Origin: a candidate division WWE3 bacterium
GTDB lineage: Bacteria; Patescibacteriota; WWE3; 2-01-FULL-39-13
DNA: 64,000 bases
Direction of reading: 5' to 3'
Assembly: GCA_943354835.1 (NCBI GenBank)
Contig: CALRDH010000003.1
Coordinates: 12,939-76,938 of the forward strand
The notes under the pieces are model-generated. The model was not told the origin of the DNA. It saw only the letters and a list, made by a program, of their open reading frames with translations, and made no database searches. Shown piece after piece: positions 9,898 through 19,709 of the stretch (positions within the stretch are counted from its first letter, which is position 1; each line of letters starts with the position of its first letter). Position numbers and translations under genes: made by a program.

Positions 9898-10599
9898 ATG
9901 GATTACATTAATGAATATATAGAAAAAAATCCTAATATGCATCTTGAACATTCAAATGATAAAGTCATTCAGCTATTGGCTGTATTGCCAAAGAATAAGA
10001 GATATAACCGAATACTAGATGTAGCTTGTGGGGCAGGTGCTATAACACTTGCGTTTGCGAAATCACTTGTCCCTAAATATATAGAAGGTATAGATATATC
10101 TCCAACAATGATAAATAAAGCTATACAGCTTGATAAAGAAGAAAAGGTTATATGGAAAATAATGGATATATTTCAATACCCAACGATACCAGAAAGATAT
10201 GATTTGATAGTATGTGCAGATATTGTAGAGCATTTGCATGACGACGCAAAATTTTTTGAGAAATTAAAAATATTAGGGAAGGCAGTAGTGATAAAAGTGC
10301 CATTGGAGGATTCCATTGTAACTAAAATAATCAGATACACGAAGATTTCGGATCCTTGGAAAGATACCGAGATAAGGTATGGCCATATTCACCATTACAG
10401 TGTGGATACCCTAGATCGAGTAATTATAAATTCTGGGCTGGGGATTAAAAATGTTGGTTATGCATATATGCCAAAAAGAACGAAACTGTTGTGGGAATTT
10501 TTAAGAATATTTTGTTATCCACTGATTATTTTAGGAAAGAGAAATCTTGTCAGAATAGTAGGTGGATTTAAAATTTACTATTTAGAAAGCACTGATTAA
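9898..10599 (+). CDS. Class I SAM-dependent methyltransferase
   Basis: Motif I 'ILDVACGAGAITLAF'. Motif II/III 'DLIVCADIVEHL'. Confidence 0.7.
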   Translation: MDYINEYIEKNPNMHLEHSNDKVIQLLAVLPKNKRYNRILDVACGAGAITLAFAKSLVPKYIEGIDISPTMINKAIQLDKEEKVIWKIMDIFQYPTIPERYDLIVCADIVEHLHDDAKFFEKLKILGKAVVIKVPLEDSIVTKIIRYTKISDPWKDTEIRYGHIHHYSVDTLDRVIINSGLGIKNVGYAYMPKRTKLLWEFLRIFCYPLIILGKRNLVRIVGGFKIYYLESTD

Positions 10600-11114
10600 C
10601 TCAAAGTTAACATTTTTTTTATTTGATTAAAGTCACCCGAATCTTTGAACCAAATAACAGTACGTTCGGCATCTTTGATTGAAAAAAATCTTGCGTACTT
10701 AACTTTTTCAATCTGATCGTTTTTTTCGTGTGGTACAAGAAATGTATTATTTGATAATTCATTAATAAATAATACAAAACGTGCTTGAATACATGTTTCT
10801 ATATGCAGATGCGTTTTTTTATCTAAAACCTCAACTATATAATATCCAAGCATTTTTATTTTATCTCTACAAGTTGAAATGTCTAAACCTGCTTCTTCGT
10901 AAACTTCTCTGATAGCAGTTGCAGTAAGATCAGCATCATATATTTCTGTATGGCCAGCAGTAACAGTCCACTTAACATTATCTTTTGATACTAAGAGAAC
11001 TTTTTGGTCAGATGATATAACCCAACAACTAACTTGGGTTACCTTGAAATATAGGTGTTTTTTATTTATTTGTGTAGAAGATATCCATTTTAATTTGTAT
11101 TCTTTTTCAATCAT
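10596..11114 (-). CDS. Nudix hydrolase
   Basis: Nudix box 'AGHTEIYDADLTATAIREVYEEAGLD'. Confidence 0.65.
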   Translation of the reverse strand: MIEKEYKLKWISSTQINKKHLYFKVTQVSCWVISSDQKVLLVSKDNVKWTVTAGHTEIYDADLTATAIREVYEEAGLDISTCRDKIKMLGYYIVEVLDKKTHLHIETCIQARFVLFINELSNNTFLVPHEKNDQIEKVKYARFFSIKDAERTVIWFKDSGDFNQIKKMLTLS

Positions 11115-11206
11115 TAGTTATATTTTAGCATGGTAATTCATGGTACTAGCCAATTGTTATTATCTGGTAAGGATGTAAAAGTAAATAATCTTGTATAATA
11201 TCGCAG

Positions 11207-12097
11207 ATGAATAAAGCATTTTCGTTGGGAGCACAAGAGAACAGTCCTCTAGAAAAGACAGAATTAAATTATGGAATTTCGATGATTGTGATTAAACCAA
11301 GCGGGGAATGTAGTGACGTAGCATCGGTTATTTCTGATATTTTTGACAAAAGCGAAAATGGAGAGCCGTCTAAGCTTGCTATCAGTACCATAAATACAAT
11401 CGTAAAAGATAACGGTAGTGATGCAAAAGAACTTTTGGGTGTTATTGGTAAAACACATATAAGGGTATCCATTGACAGCAGGTTCAATAGACAAACTAGT
11501 AAAGACGAAACTAGTTTTTGGTTAGCCAACTATGGACACCACGTAGACAAGTACTATTTCAATAGTTTGATTAATTCTAACCAGGGACCATTTACTGCCT
11601 ACTTCATAGAATATGATGGACCTCAAGATGAACTAGATAGTGCGATTAATGTATTAAAGGGAAGAACAACTTTAACATCAGAAATTGGTGATGTTTTGTT
11701 CGCAGGTAGGGGAATAAGAGGATTATATCGTGCTGAAGCTATAACACTAAATCAAAGTTTGATAGATAGAATACGGAAAGAATATCCGGATGTTGCAAAA
11801 CAGCTAGATATCATAATGGTAAATTCTGGAAATATTTTGTTTACAAAAATCCCAGAAGAGTTACAACGATTTATCTTTGGTGTACTTACCGATAAGCAAA
11901 GAGAATCCTTGATGAGCAATACCATTCATTCTCCTGACAATAGAGATGTTGCCTTTAATAGTTTAAAGGCAATGTGCAATCAGTATTTAAATCCAACTAT
12001 TGTGAAACGGCTTTTAGAGATTGAACAAAAAAATCTGTCGCAAGCATCTTATTGGATGCTAAATGCATTAGAAGATGCACTTTCTACATACCTGTGA
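11207..12097 (+). CDS. Hypothetical protein
   Basis: 296-aa ORF with good coding periodicity. No motif recognised. Confidence 0.4.
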   Translation: MNKAFSLGAQENSPLEKTELNYGISMIVIKPSGECSDVASVISDIFDKSENGEPSKLAISTINTIVKDNGSDAKELLGVIGKTHIRVSIDSRFNRQTSKDETSFWLANYGHHVDKYYFNSLINSNQGPFTAYFIEYDGPQDELDSAINVLKGRTTLTSEIGDVLFAGRGIRGLYRAEAITLNQSLIDRIRKEYPDVAKQLDIIMVNSGNILFTKIPEELQRFIFGVLTDKQRESLMSNTIHSPDNRDVAFNSLKAMCNQYLNPTIVKRLLEIEQKNLSQASYWMLNALEDALSTYL

Positions 12098-12245
12098 TGT
12101 TTTAGGTGCATTGTGTAGATAGTAGAACTTCTCTTTCCGTCAGCGTATAGGATTTAGCTTTCGTTGAAATAAGTTCTAACTAGATCCACCGTCCCCAGCC
12201 AGAGAAATATTCATTTAAATCAATATGAGCTATTTTCTTTGAATT

Positions 12246-12720
12246 TTATTTAATAATCTTTGTATTTTTTGGCAGGTTTTGTATTATTTTATCTAAATCC
12301 ATTTGAGAGTATTTATTGCCTGATAGATCAAGTATTTGAAGGTTTTTAAGATTTCCTAGTTCATTTGGTAAACCTGTTAATTCATTGTTAGATAAATCCA
12401 AAACTTGAAGATTTGAAAGTTGACCGATTTCTGCAGGAACTCCTGTCATTTTATTATTGCTTGCATCAAGTACCACTAACTTTTTTAAATTTCCAATCTG
12501 TGAAGGCAATGCGCCAGTAATATTATTATTCGAAATTATTCAACCTTTCTGTATTCGTTTCACTTAGAACACTTTCAGGTAACTTCTCTAGACCCTGATT
12601 GCTCAAATCAATACTGTTATTGTCATTTTTTGTAACTTCTTGTGGCTTTTGCCTCATCAACATACTAAAAAGTACAACTGAAATGACAAAAAAAACTAAC
12701 AAAAGAATATTCTTAATCAT
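12246..12720 (-). pseudogene. Secreted leucine-rich-repeat protein gene disrupted by an apparent frameshift (signal peptide ORF 12526-12720, LRR ORF 12246-12509)
   Basis: The upstream ORF has a signal/TM segment and 'IDLSNQGLEKLPESV'. It stops at TAA, and the +1 frame continues 'IISNNNITGALPSQIGNLKKLVVLDASNNKMTGVPAEIGQLSNLQVLDLSNNELTGLPNELGNLKNLQILDLSGN' (LRRs, LxxLxLxxNxLTGxP). The break lies in an 'aataataata' run. Confidence 0.45.
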
Positions 12721-12775
12721 AAATCTATACTACCATTGTTTCAAAATTACTTTTGTCTTGTACAATTAGTTTATT

Positions 12776-13114
12776 ATGAAAAGTCTTGATTTACAGTCAT
12801 TGATATCTTTAGCTCTTCAGGTTCTTTTTGGCTTATATATTGTCTATCTTGGAATTAAAACGATATCAGAAAATAGGCCGATGAAATTCCTTAATATCAA
12901 ACCAAATAAGTTAGATTCTATAGCCGGCGGTTTGTTTTTTATTTCACTTGGAATTACATTACTTATTTTTCTAGCTCAAGCGTTTTTTCCTGAACTTTAT
13001 ACAATTCTAATGCTTTCCTTTCAATTATTCATTGTGCTTATGTACGTCAATATTGCACTTATTGCCTATTTGATCATTGTGAAAATAATTTCATACTTTA
13101 GAAAGCGGAATTAA
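12776..13114 (+). CDS. Small polytopic membrane protein (3 predicted TM)
   Basis: 112-aa hydrophobic ORF. Confidence 0.4.
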   Translation: MKSLDLQSLISLALQVLFGLYIVYLGIKTISENRPMKFLNIKPNKLDSIAGGLFFISLGITLLIFLAQAFFPELYTILMLSFQLFIVLMYVNIALIAYLIIVKIISYFRKRN

Positions 13115-13121
13115 TTTTATT

Positions 13122-13832
13122 TCACTCCCCTTTTGGCAAGAATGTTATGTCCATGTAGTATTTTTTAGGGTCGCTTGGATCGATAAATACAGTTATTGTT
13201 TGGCCGGTCATGTAGTTTGTTGGATCAAACATTAATTCTGAGCTTTCAAAGAAGTAGGTTTGTCCATTTGCCAGGTTTACCCATTTGCTAACGATTTTCC
13301 ATGGATTACGGCCATTAATAGTTACCTCCATAACCGGTCTTACTTCTACAAACGTAGAATCTATTCTTTGTCCATTTGCCTGCAACAATTTAGCTTCATC
13401 ATTTTTCTTCTTTGCTTTTAATAGACCAAAACCTCCGATAGCGGAAAAAATTAAGCCGAATGCGCCAAAAATAATCGGCAGAAAATACTTATCCATAAAT
13501 GAATCAATCATGATTTTCTTTGGCTCTTTTGGACTGTAATAAATTGCGACCGAATCGCCTATTTCATGACTCGGCGGATTGCTACTAATGCTAGTTTTTG
13601 TCTCAACCTTTTGGCCAGTACTTGTAGTAAAAGAAACAACTGGAGTATAAGTAGTACTTGTATCTCCATCACTATCTGTGTCTACATTTTTGATCAAATC
13701 AATTACGTTTCCGGAAGTCTTTGTCGCTGTCTGTAAAAATTGGAAATTGCTAATTGTAATAAAAATGGCGACAATGACAAAAACTGCGCCAATTGCGGAA
13801 AACAACAAACTTGCTTTTGTGAAAATAGACAT
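13122..13832 (-). CDS. Membrane-anchored hypothetical protein (DUF3592-like architecture)
   Basis: N-terminal TM (LLFSAIGAVFVIVAIFITI), soluble domain, second TM near residue 120, then a C-terminal beta-rich region. Confidence 0.35.
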   Translation of the reverse strand: MSIFTKASLLFSAIGAVFVIVAIFITISNFQFLQTATKTSGNVIDLIKNVDTDSDGDTSTTYTPVVSFTTSTGQKVETKTSISSNPPSHEIGDSVAIYYSPKEPKKIMIDSFMDKYFLPIIFGAFGLIFSAIGGFGLLKAKKKNDEAKLLQANGQRIDSTFVEVRPVMEVTINGRNPWKIVSKWVNLANGQTYFFESSELMFDPTNYMTGQTITVFIDPSDPKKYYMDITFLPKGE

Positions 13833-13861
13833 AAACGGAGTGTAGCAAAGATTTTTTTAAT

Positions 13862-14434
13862 TTACGAATTGGGAGGAAATACTCTGTAATGAGAATATTG
13901 TTGCATGGTAGAAGGCTTAATGAAACCAAGTCCAAATTGACCCTCGCGTTCTTGTTGCACACCATAAAAAACCGGTAATCCAAATGAATCAGCAACGGTT
14001 TGAACAATTGCTGTATGATACATTGATTCAAAAATATCATTGTCGCTAGTCATGCCGAAAGTGAATATTTCCTTACCTCCATAACGCCAATTTCTAGCCA
14101 GAATCGGCATAGCATAAAGCGTATTTGAACCAGAGTTATAAGTTGGCCAAGACTCTGGAGGAGTTATTTCAAACCTTACAAGATAAAGAGTTTCTTCAAT
14201 TTTGGGATCCCTTGGGCTTTCAATTCCAATTCCTAAATTTAGGAAACCAAAATTCAAAGGGGATTTGGGATCAAGGCCTTTTGGTCTGTAATTCAAGTGA
14301 TATGAAACGCCCCTGATATCGGAATCAAACCTCATAGGTTGAATAGGCCTAGTGTGTCTAAGCGCAGAACCGAAAAGATTTTCATACACATATTGATTCA
14401 CTTCAAAAGTTTCAATAGGATTTTGTGGTGTCAT
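13862..14434 (-). CDS. Hypothetical protein
   Basis: 190-aa ORF. No motif recognised. Confidence 0.35.
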   Translation of the reverse strand: MTPQNPIETFEVNQYVYENLFGSALRHTRPIQPMRFDSDIRGVSYHLNYRPKGLDPKSPLNFGFLNLGIGIESPRDPKIEETLYLVRFEITPPESWPTYNSGSNTLYAMPILARNWRYGGKEIFTFGMTSDNDIFESMYHTAIVQTVADSFGLPVFYGVQQEREGQFGLGFIKPSTMQQYSHYRVFPPNS

Positions 14435-14964
14435 ATTTTATTGCAGAAATTATACAACAAGTATCCTATAATTTACGAATCAAAAAAACCATCTTCTGCA
14501 GCCAGAACCCTATTTTTTATAGTAAGATTCTGTATATGAAGTTGAGGAATTATTCTTTTTTGTCTATATATATTGTCTTGATGGCTATACCTTCAATAAT
14601 ATTGTTGTTTTTTACATATAGTCTGATTGATTTGCATTCTTTAGTTATTCTAATTTTAATTTCGTTAATAGTTGGCGGAGTTTTAGAAATAATATCGGTT
14701 AAGCAAGGCAAGAAAGATAAATTCTTTATTTGGGAATATAATTCGAAAACTACTTTAGACAAGAAATTCTTTGGTGTTGCGATTGAAGATATGATTTTAT
14801 TCCTAGTTTTGACACCAATATTTTGCGTGACGGCTTGGGAAGCAATTAAAAAATATGTGATTATATATAATGAACCAATATGGATAACCTTACTCTTTGG
14901 ATGTGCACTAATACTCTTTATTTACTACATTACATACAAAATAACAAAACCGAAACACAAATGA
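14425..14964 (+). CDS. Hypothetical polytopic membrane protein
   Basis: 179-aa ORF with four hydrophobic segments. Confidence 0.4.
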   Translation: MVSYFIAEIIQQVSYNLRIKKTIFCSQNPIFYSKILYMKLRNYSFLSIYIVLMAIPSIILLFFTYSLIDLHSLVILILISLIVGGVLEIISVKQGKKDKFFIWEYNSKTTLDKKFFGVAIEDMILFLVLTPIFCVTAWEAIKKYVIIYNEPIWITLLFGCALILFIYYITYKITKPKHK

Positions 14965-15187
14965 GGGAGGTTTTGCGAGAGATTCTAACAATGAAAACTT
15001 CACTTGTGGAGTTTTATACTTTTGGGTTTCTATCTTTTTAATAATTTATTTGATCTTCTTTTCTTTAGATTATCCTGTTTTGGGAATGACAATCGTTTTG
15101 ATTATCATGACTGCAATTCTTGTACTAATAAAAAATAAAAAACGCTATAGGTTTACATGAATACAGCAATAATGTAAAATCATTCGC

Positions 15188-16291
15188 ATGTCAAATGGCC
15201 AAAATCCCTTTCGCCTCAATGAATTAGCATTATCAGGAGATATCGAAGTACAATTTCCACAACCAAGTCGAGACATAAAATCATTAATTGCTGAAAAGTG
15301 CGGAGATGTAAGTGAAGGTGAACTAACCCAAATCACAGACCTGGACTATAAAGGACTTGATACATCGGACGGAACTACATTTTATCGGCTATATAACTTA
15401 GAAACTGAACGTGAAGACTTAAGATGCGCCCAAGATGTAGGAGAACGTATATTATCAAAATATGAACGAGAAAACGTCATTAAATCAGCATTTATTGAAA
15501 CTCTTCGATTTATTTCAAAATATATTCCAATGGAAAGGATTTTGGCAACATGTCCAAATCTTGATCTGGAAAAAATTGACGAATATGACTTTAAAAAAGC
15601 ACTACTTTATATATTTATTCTGTCAGATGAAGCATTTAATCTTATAAAAATTTCAGATGAAACACCACATTCGGATTTATTAAATAAAAGTGGATATCAC
15701 ATTGGTACTCACAAACCAGATAAAGAGCCAAAAGAAGGTCCACTTGGTCCAACAAAGTATATAAATACATCTGGAAAAAACTTAATTGTAATTAAAGAAA
15801 GAGGAACGGTAACAAATCAGTTGTCTACCAATTATGGAAGAAGCATGTGGCCCGAAGAATATAAAGCCCAAATTGTTGAGCAAGTACGATCAGTATTAAT
15901 TCATGAACTATTACATGATCTACAGATAGGGATACAATTTAATGACGAGCTTGAAGAGGCGCTTGTTGAATTCACATCTATATTAATAAATCTACAATCA
16001 AGACCAGGGAAATCTTCTCAAACTGCATATTCTACTGGCGTTGCATTCATAGAGAAAATGCTGTTAATGGGTGAGTTTTCTCCTGATGAATTATTGAGAG
16101 TGTACGTTTCACTAAACGAAGAATCAAAGACAATCGGAAAAAGAATTGCACAAACCCTTGAACGAAAATACGGATTAGATGCGACAAAAAGAATACTTAA
16201 TTTTACCTTTACAAATATGAACGATGCATTTGATTATATTTCAAGGTTAGAATCACAAGATCAAATTCCGCAAGAAGATTACTCAATATAA
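15188..16291 (+). CDS. Hypothetical protein with HExxH zincin-like motif (putative metallopeptidase)
   Basis: 'VRSVLIHELLHDLQIG' contains HELLH. No signal peptide. No other domain recognised. Confidence 0.4.
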   Translation: MSNGQNPFRLNELALSGDIEVQFPQPSRDIKSLIAEKCGDVSEGELTQITDLDYKGLDTSDGTTFYRLYNLETEREDLRCAQDVGERILSKYERENVIKSAFIETLRFISKYIPMERILATCPNLDLEKIDEYDFKKALLYIFILSDEAFNLIKISDETPHSDLLNKSGYHIGTHKPDKEPKEGPLGPTKYINTSGKNLIVIKERGTVTNQLSTNYGRSMWPEEYKAQIVEQVRSVLIHELLHDLQIGIQFNDELEEALVEFTSILINLQSRPGKSSQTAYSTGVAFIEKMLLMGEFSPDELLRVYVSLNEESKTIGKRIAQTLERKYGLDATKRILNFTFTNMNDAFDYISRLESQDQIPQEDYSI

Positions 16292-16310
16292 ATATTGCTA
16301 TAATTCTTCC

Positions 16311-17438
16311 ATGGAACCTTTAGCTTCACGAATTCGTCCTCTTAATCTTTTAGATTATGTTGGCCAAAAGCATTTGGTTTCAGACGGCAAGCCGTTAAAG
16401 ATTGCGATTGAGTCAAAGCATTTGTTTTCTTTTTTGCTGTGGGGGCCTCCGGGCGTTGGTAAAACAACTTTAGCTCGTATTTATTCAAATAATTTTGACG
16501 CAAATTATCACGAACTTTCGGCAGTTTCCGCAAAGAAAGAAGAAATCAGGGATATTTTAAAACTCCACGATAAATCAGATAAACCAACAATTTTACTTTT
16601 AGATGAAATTCACAGATTTAATAAAGCTCAACAAGATTTTTTGCTTCCTTATGTCGAAACTGGAAAATTAATATTAATTGGAGCAACAACAGAAAATCCT
16701 AGTTTTGAAGTTATTCCAGCACTTTTATCAAGATGTCGCGTTTTCATTTTAAACGAACTAACAGATGAAGAAATGTCTGAAATAATTGATAAAACAAAAG
16801 CTCCACTTGATGAAAAAGCAAAAGAGTGGCTTGTTCAGATGGCAAATGGAGATGCAAGACAAGCAATCACAATGATAGAAAACACTTTGAGCATATACAA
16901 AGAAATCACAGTTGAAACATTAAAAGAGGCTTTGCAAAATAAATATTTAAGATACGACAAAAAAGGTGAAGAACACTACAACACAATTAGTGCATATATA
17001 AAGAGTATGCGGGCAAGCGACGCTAACGCGGCCTTATACTATTTAGCCCGCATGATTGATTCTGGTGAAGATCCTAAGTTTATTGCAAGAAGAATGGTAA
17101 TTTTCGCATCGGAAGATATTGGCGTTGCACAGCCTTCGGCACTTATTTATGCTAATGAGGTTTTTCGGGCAGTCGAAACAATAGGGCTTCCTGAATGCCA
17201 GATAAGCCTTGCTCACGGAACAGTTCTTTTGGCAAAAGCCCCGAAAAACCGGAGTGCGTGTGATGGTTTTTTTGAAGCTCTAAAAGATGTCAAAGCTCAT
17301 GGAAATCTTCCAATTCCAATGAGTTTGCGAAATGCTCCAACTAAATTTATGAAAGAAATTGGTTACGGCAAAGGATACGAAAAATACACAAAAGATGATT
17401 TGCTTCCTGACAAATTAAAAGGGAAAATATACATATGA
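16311..17438 (+). CDS. rarA: Replication-associated recombination protein A (RarA/MgsA AAA+ ATPase)
   Basis: 'PLNLLDYVGQKHLV', Walker A 'GPPGVGKTTLARI', Walker B 'ILLLDEIHRFNK', and a MgsA C-terminal helical region. Confidence 0.85.
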   Translation: MEPLASRIRPLNLLDYVGQKHLVSDGKPLKIAIESKHLFSFLLWGPPGVGKTTLARIYSNNFDANYHELSAVSAKKEEIRDILKLHDKSDKPTILLLDEIHRFNKAQQDFLLPYVETGKLILIGATTENPSFEVIPALLSRCRVFILNELTDEEMSEIIDKTKAPLDEKAKEWLVQMANGDARQAITMIENTLSIYKEITVETLKEALQNKYLRYDKKGEEHYNTISAYIKSMRASDANAALYYLARMIDSGEDPKFIARRMVIFASEDIGVAQPSALIYANEVFRAVETIGLPECQISLAHGTVLLAKAPKNRSACDGFFEALKDVKAHGNLPIPMSLRNAPTKFMKEIGYGKGYEKYTKDDLLPDKLKGKIYI

Positions 17439-17878
17439 ATCAAATAATTAAAAATATTGATGAGTATAAAAAAATATCTGAAAAACTTTTAGGAAATCGC
17501 GACGCTATTAAGGTTCCTCATGTTATAGCACTTGTCGGAGACTTGGGATCTGGAAAAACAACTTTTACAAAATCTATCGCAAAAGCAATTGGCGTAACTC
17601 AAGAAATTATTTCGCCTACATTTATAATCCATCGCGAATATTTGATTCCAAATTCAAAGTCATATTTGCATCACCTTGATTTGTATAGACTCGATCATGA
17701 ATTTGAACTGGATGAAATCGGAATCAAAAATTTAATGAAAAACCAAAACGTTATTGTTATCGAATGGGCCGATAAATTTCGAAAATATGTTGATCTATTT
17801 ACAAAAATTAATGATACAAAAATAACTTGGATAGAAATGGAATATATAGACGAAGGAACAAGGAGACTTATTATATGA
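17435..17878 (+). CDS. tsaE: tRNA threonylcarbamoyladenosine biosynthesis protein TsaE
   Basis: 'VIALVGDLGSGKTTFTKSIAKAIGV ... ISPTFII' is the YjeE/TsaE signature. 4-nt ATGA overlaps with both rarA and tsaD. Confidence 0.8.
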   Translation: MNQIIKNIDEYKKISEKLLGNRDAIKVPHVIALVGDLGSGKTTFTKSIAKAIGVTQEIISPTFIIHREYLIPNSKSYLHHLDLYRLDHEFELDEIGIKNLMKNQNVIVIEWADKFRKYVDLFTKINDTKITWIEMEYIDEGTRRLII

Positions 17879-18966
17879 AGATTCTAGCTATAGATACAAG
17901 TTGCGATGATACTTCAGTCGCGATATCTGAAAATTTAAACATCCACGCAAATGTTTCATGGTCAAAACTTAAGACTCACAATGATTTTGGAGGAGTTGTT
18001 CCATCAGAGGCAAAAAGACAGCATAAAGAATTTTTAGATCCAGTAATAGCAGAGGCGTTAAATGTCGCACATTTAGAAATCAATGACATTGATACCGTAG
18101 CAGTTACTTATGGCCCAGGTTTAGCAATTGCACTTGAAGCCGGCATAGATAAAGCAAAAGAAATCTGCAAAACACATAATAAAAAACTTATTGGAGTAAA
18201 TCATATGATTGGACACATTTATTCGTCATTGGCAAGAGATGAAGAAGGAAAAGCATATTCTGGAATCGACGATTTTGAATTTCCGCTTTTAGCACTTACT
18301 ATATCAGGTGGACACACAGACCTATATCTTATGTCAGGCCATATGCAATTTGAAAGGATTGGAGGAACACTTGATGACGCAGTCGGCGAAGCTTTTGATA
18401 AAGTTGGAAGAATGTTAGGACTTGGTTTTCCTGCTGGATATAAGCTTGAATCACTCGCAAAATCAGGCAATTCATCTACATATGATTTTCCAAGACCAAT
18501 GCATAATACAAATGATTATAATTGGAGTTTTTCAGGTCTCAAGACAGCTGTTTTGTATCAAATTAAAAAGATACAAAATGAATATAAAGGAAATCCTATA
18601 AAAGATGACTTTAGGATGAAAGATGAATCAAATAATTTAGATGAAGAAACTATAAATAACTTGGCGGCTTCCTTTCAGGAAGCCGCCCTAGAATCCTTAA
18701 TCATAAAACTCCGCAAAGCTATTTCACAATATAATCCTAAAATGCTAATAATCGGAGGCGGTGTAATCGCAAACCAAGCACTTCGTGAAAAACTTGTAGC
18801 ACTTTGCGAAAATTCAAAAACTCCCCTATTCTATCCAGTCCCCAGGTGGCTTTGCACAGACAACGCATCAATGATTGCAGTTGCTGCAAACTTCTATGCA
18901 AAAAATAACATGTACATCAAAGATATCGATACGCTCGACAGAGTCCCAGGACTTGAAATCTCATAA
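17875..18966 (+). CDS. tsaD: tRNA N6-adenosine threonylcarbamoyltransferase TsaD (Kae1/Qri7 family)
   Basis: 'MKILAIDTSCDDTSVAI', 'GVNHMIGHIY', 'LALTISGGHTDLY', 'IIGGGVIANQALRE'. Start set at ATG 17875 (ATGA overlap with tsaE), not the upstream in-frame ORF start. Confidence 0.85.
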   Translation: MKILAIDTSCDDTSVAISENLNIHANVSWSKLKTHNDFGGVVPSEAKRQHKEFLDPVIAEALNVAHLEINDIDTVAVTYGPGLAIALEAGIDKAKEICKTHNKKLIGVNHMIGHIYSSLARDEEGKAYSGIDDFEFPLLALTISGGHTDLYLMSGHMQFERIGGTLDDAVGEAFDKVGRMLGLGFPAGYKLESLAKSGNSSTYDFPRPMHNTNDYNWSFSGLKTAVLYQIKKIQNEYKGNPIKDDFRMKDESNNLDEETINNLAASFQEAALESLIIKLRKAISQYNPKMLIIGGGVIANQALREKLVALCENSKTPLFYPVPRWLCTDNASMIAVAANFYAKNNMYIKDIDTLDRVPGLEIS

Positions 18967-19102
18967 CCGATAGCAATCAACTCATCAATGACACTAAATA
19001 AAGCGATTTTACTCGTATCATCGCAAGTTCATAATCTGTTTAAAATTCGTTTAATCTTTCATTCTTGTTGAAATCTTTAGCTTGTAGTTTAATTTATTCA
19101 CT

Positions 19103-19390
19103 ATGATAAATTCAAAAATAAAAACTAAAAAACCTGATGACGATGAAATCGTAACAAAAGGTTTTTTTAGAAAAGAACTGAAAAGCGAGCTTGCACTTTA
19201 TGCAACAAAAAATGACCTATACGACCTAGAAAGTAGAATTGATTTAAAGTTTGACAACCTTCGAAACGACATAATGCAATTCAAAGATGACATGGTTTCA
19301 ATGTTTCTCGATCTCAAAACTGAAATAATCTCAATGAAAGCTTTATACGATAAACACGACGAAGAAATCAAAAACCTAACAATTAGGTAA
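19103..19390 (+). CDS. Small coiled-coil hypothetical protein
   Basis: 95-aa charged, helical-looking ORF directly upstream of tRNA-His. Confidence 0.3.
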   Translation: MINSKIKTKKPDDDEIVTKGFFRKELKSELALYATKNDLYDLESRIDLKFDNLRNDIMQFKDDMVSMFLDLKTEIISMKALYDKHDEEIKNLTIR

Positions 19391-19453
19391 AATTCCAGCA
19401 AATAAGTGCGTAAGCCTTAACTAGTTGATATAATATTCCCAGATATATTACGT

Positions 19454-19531
19454 GGTGGTCTTAGCTCAATTGGTTAGAGCGCCAACCTGTGGAGTTGGAG
19501 GTTATGGGTTCAATTCCCATAGACCACCCCA
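19454..19531 (+). tRNA. tRNA-His (anticodon GTG) with genomically encoded G-1 and 3'-CCA
   Basis: Manual fold: acceptor GTGGTCT/AGACCAC, D-stem GCTC/GAGC, anticodon stem CCAAC/GTTGG with loop CTGTGGA (U33, GTG at 34-36), T-arm ATGGG-TTCAATT-CCCAT, discriminator C then CCA. The extra 5' G (19454) pairs with C73, the tRNA-His identity feature. Confidence 0.9.
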
Positions 19532-19709
19532 AGAAGAATCGTTAGCCAATGTTTCTTCAAATTTCCCTTTGTTTACAGGCAATCCGAGAGGTTCAGAGCT
19601 TTTCATAAGTCACCCTACTTGTGAAGCTCCCTCTGTAATCTTATCGAATTGTTTTATAAAGTTTTATTGAATATATTGAGATTACATAATCCTAAATGCC
19701 ACAAGTAGC

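Noticed and set aside
12098-12245. GC-richer intergenic patch ('gatccaccgtccccagccagag') as a possible tRNA or tRNA fragment
   Set aside because: It cannot be folded into a cloverleaf. It has no T-arm GTTC-like element or acceptor pairing.
14965-15187. Two tiny ORFs (16 and 24 codons) in the intergenic region before the HExxH gene
   Set aside because: Too short and without conservation evidence. They are most likely chance ORFs in AT-rich sequence.
17827-17874. Upstream extension of the tsaD ORF (MDRNGIYRRRNKETYY...)
   Set aside because: It overlaps the tsaE coding region. The conserved TsaD N-terminus 'MKILAIDTS' begins at ATG 17875, which forms an ATGA overlap with the tsaE stop.
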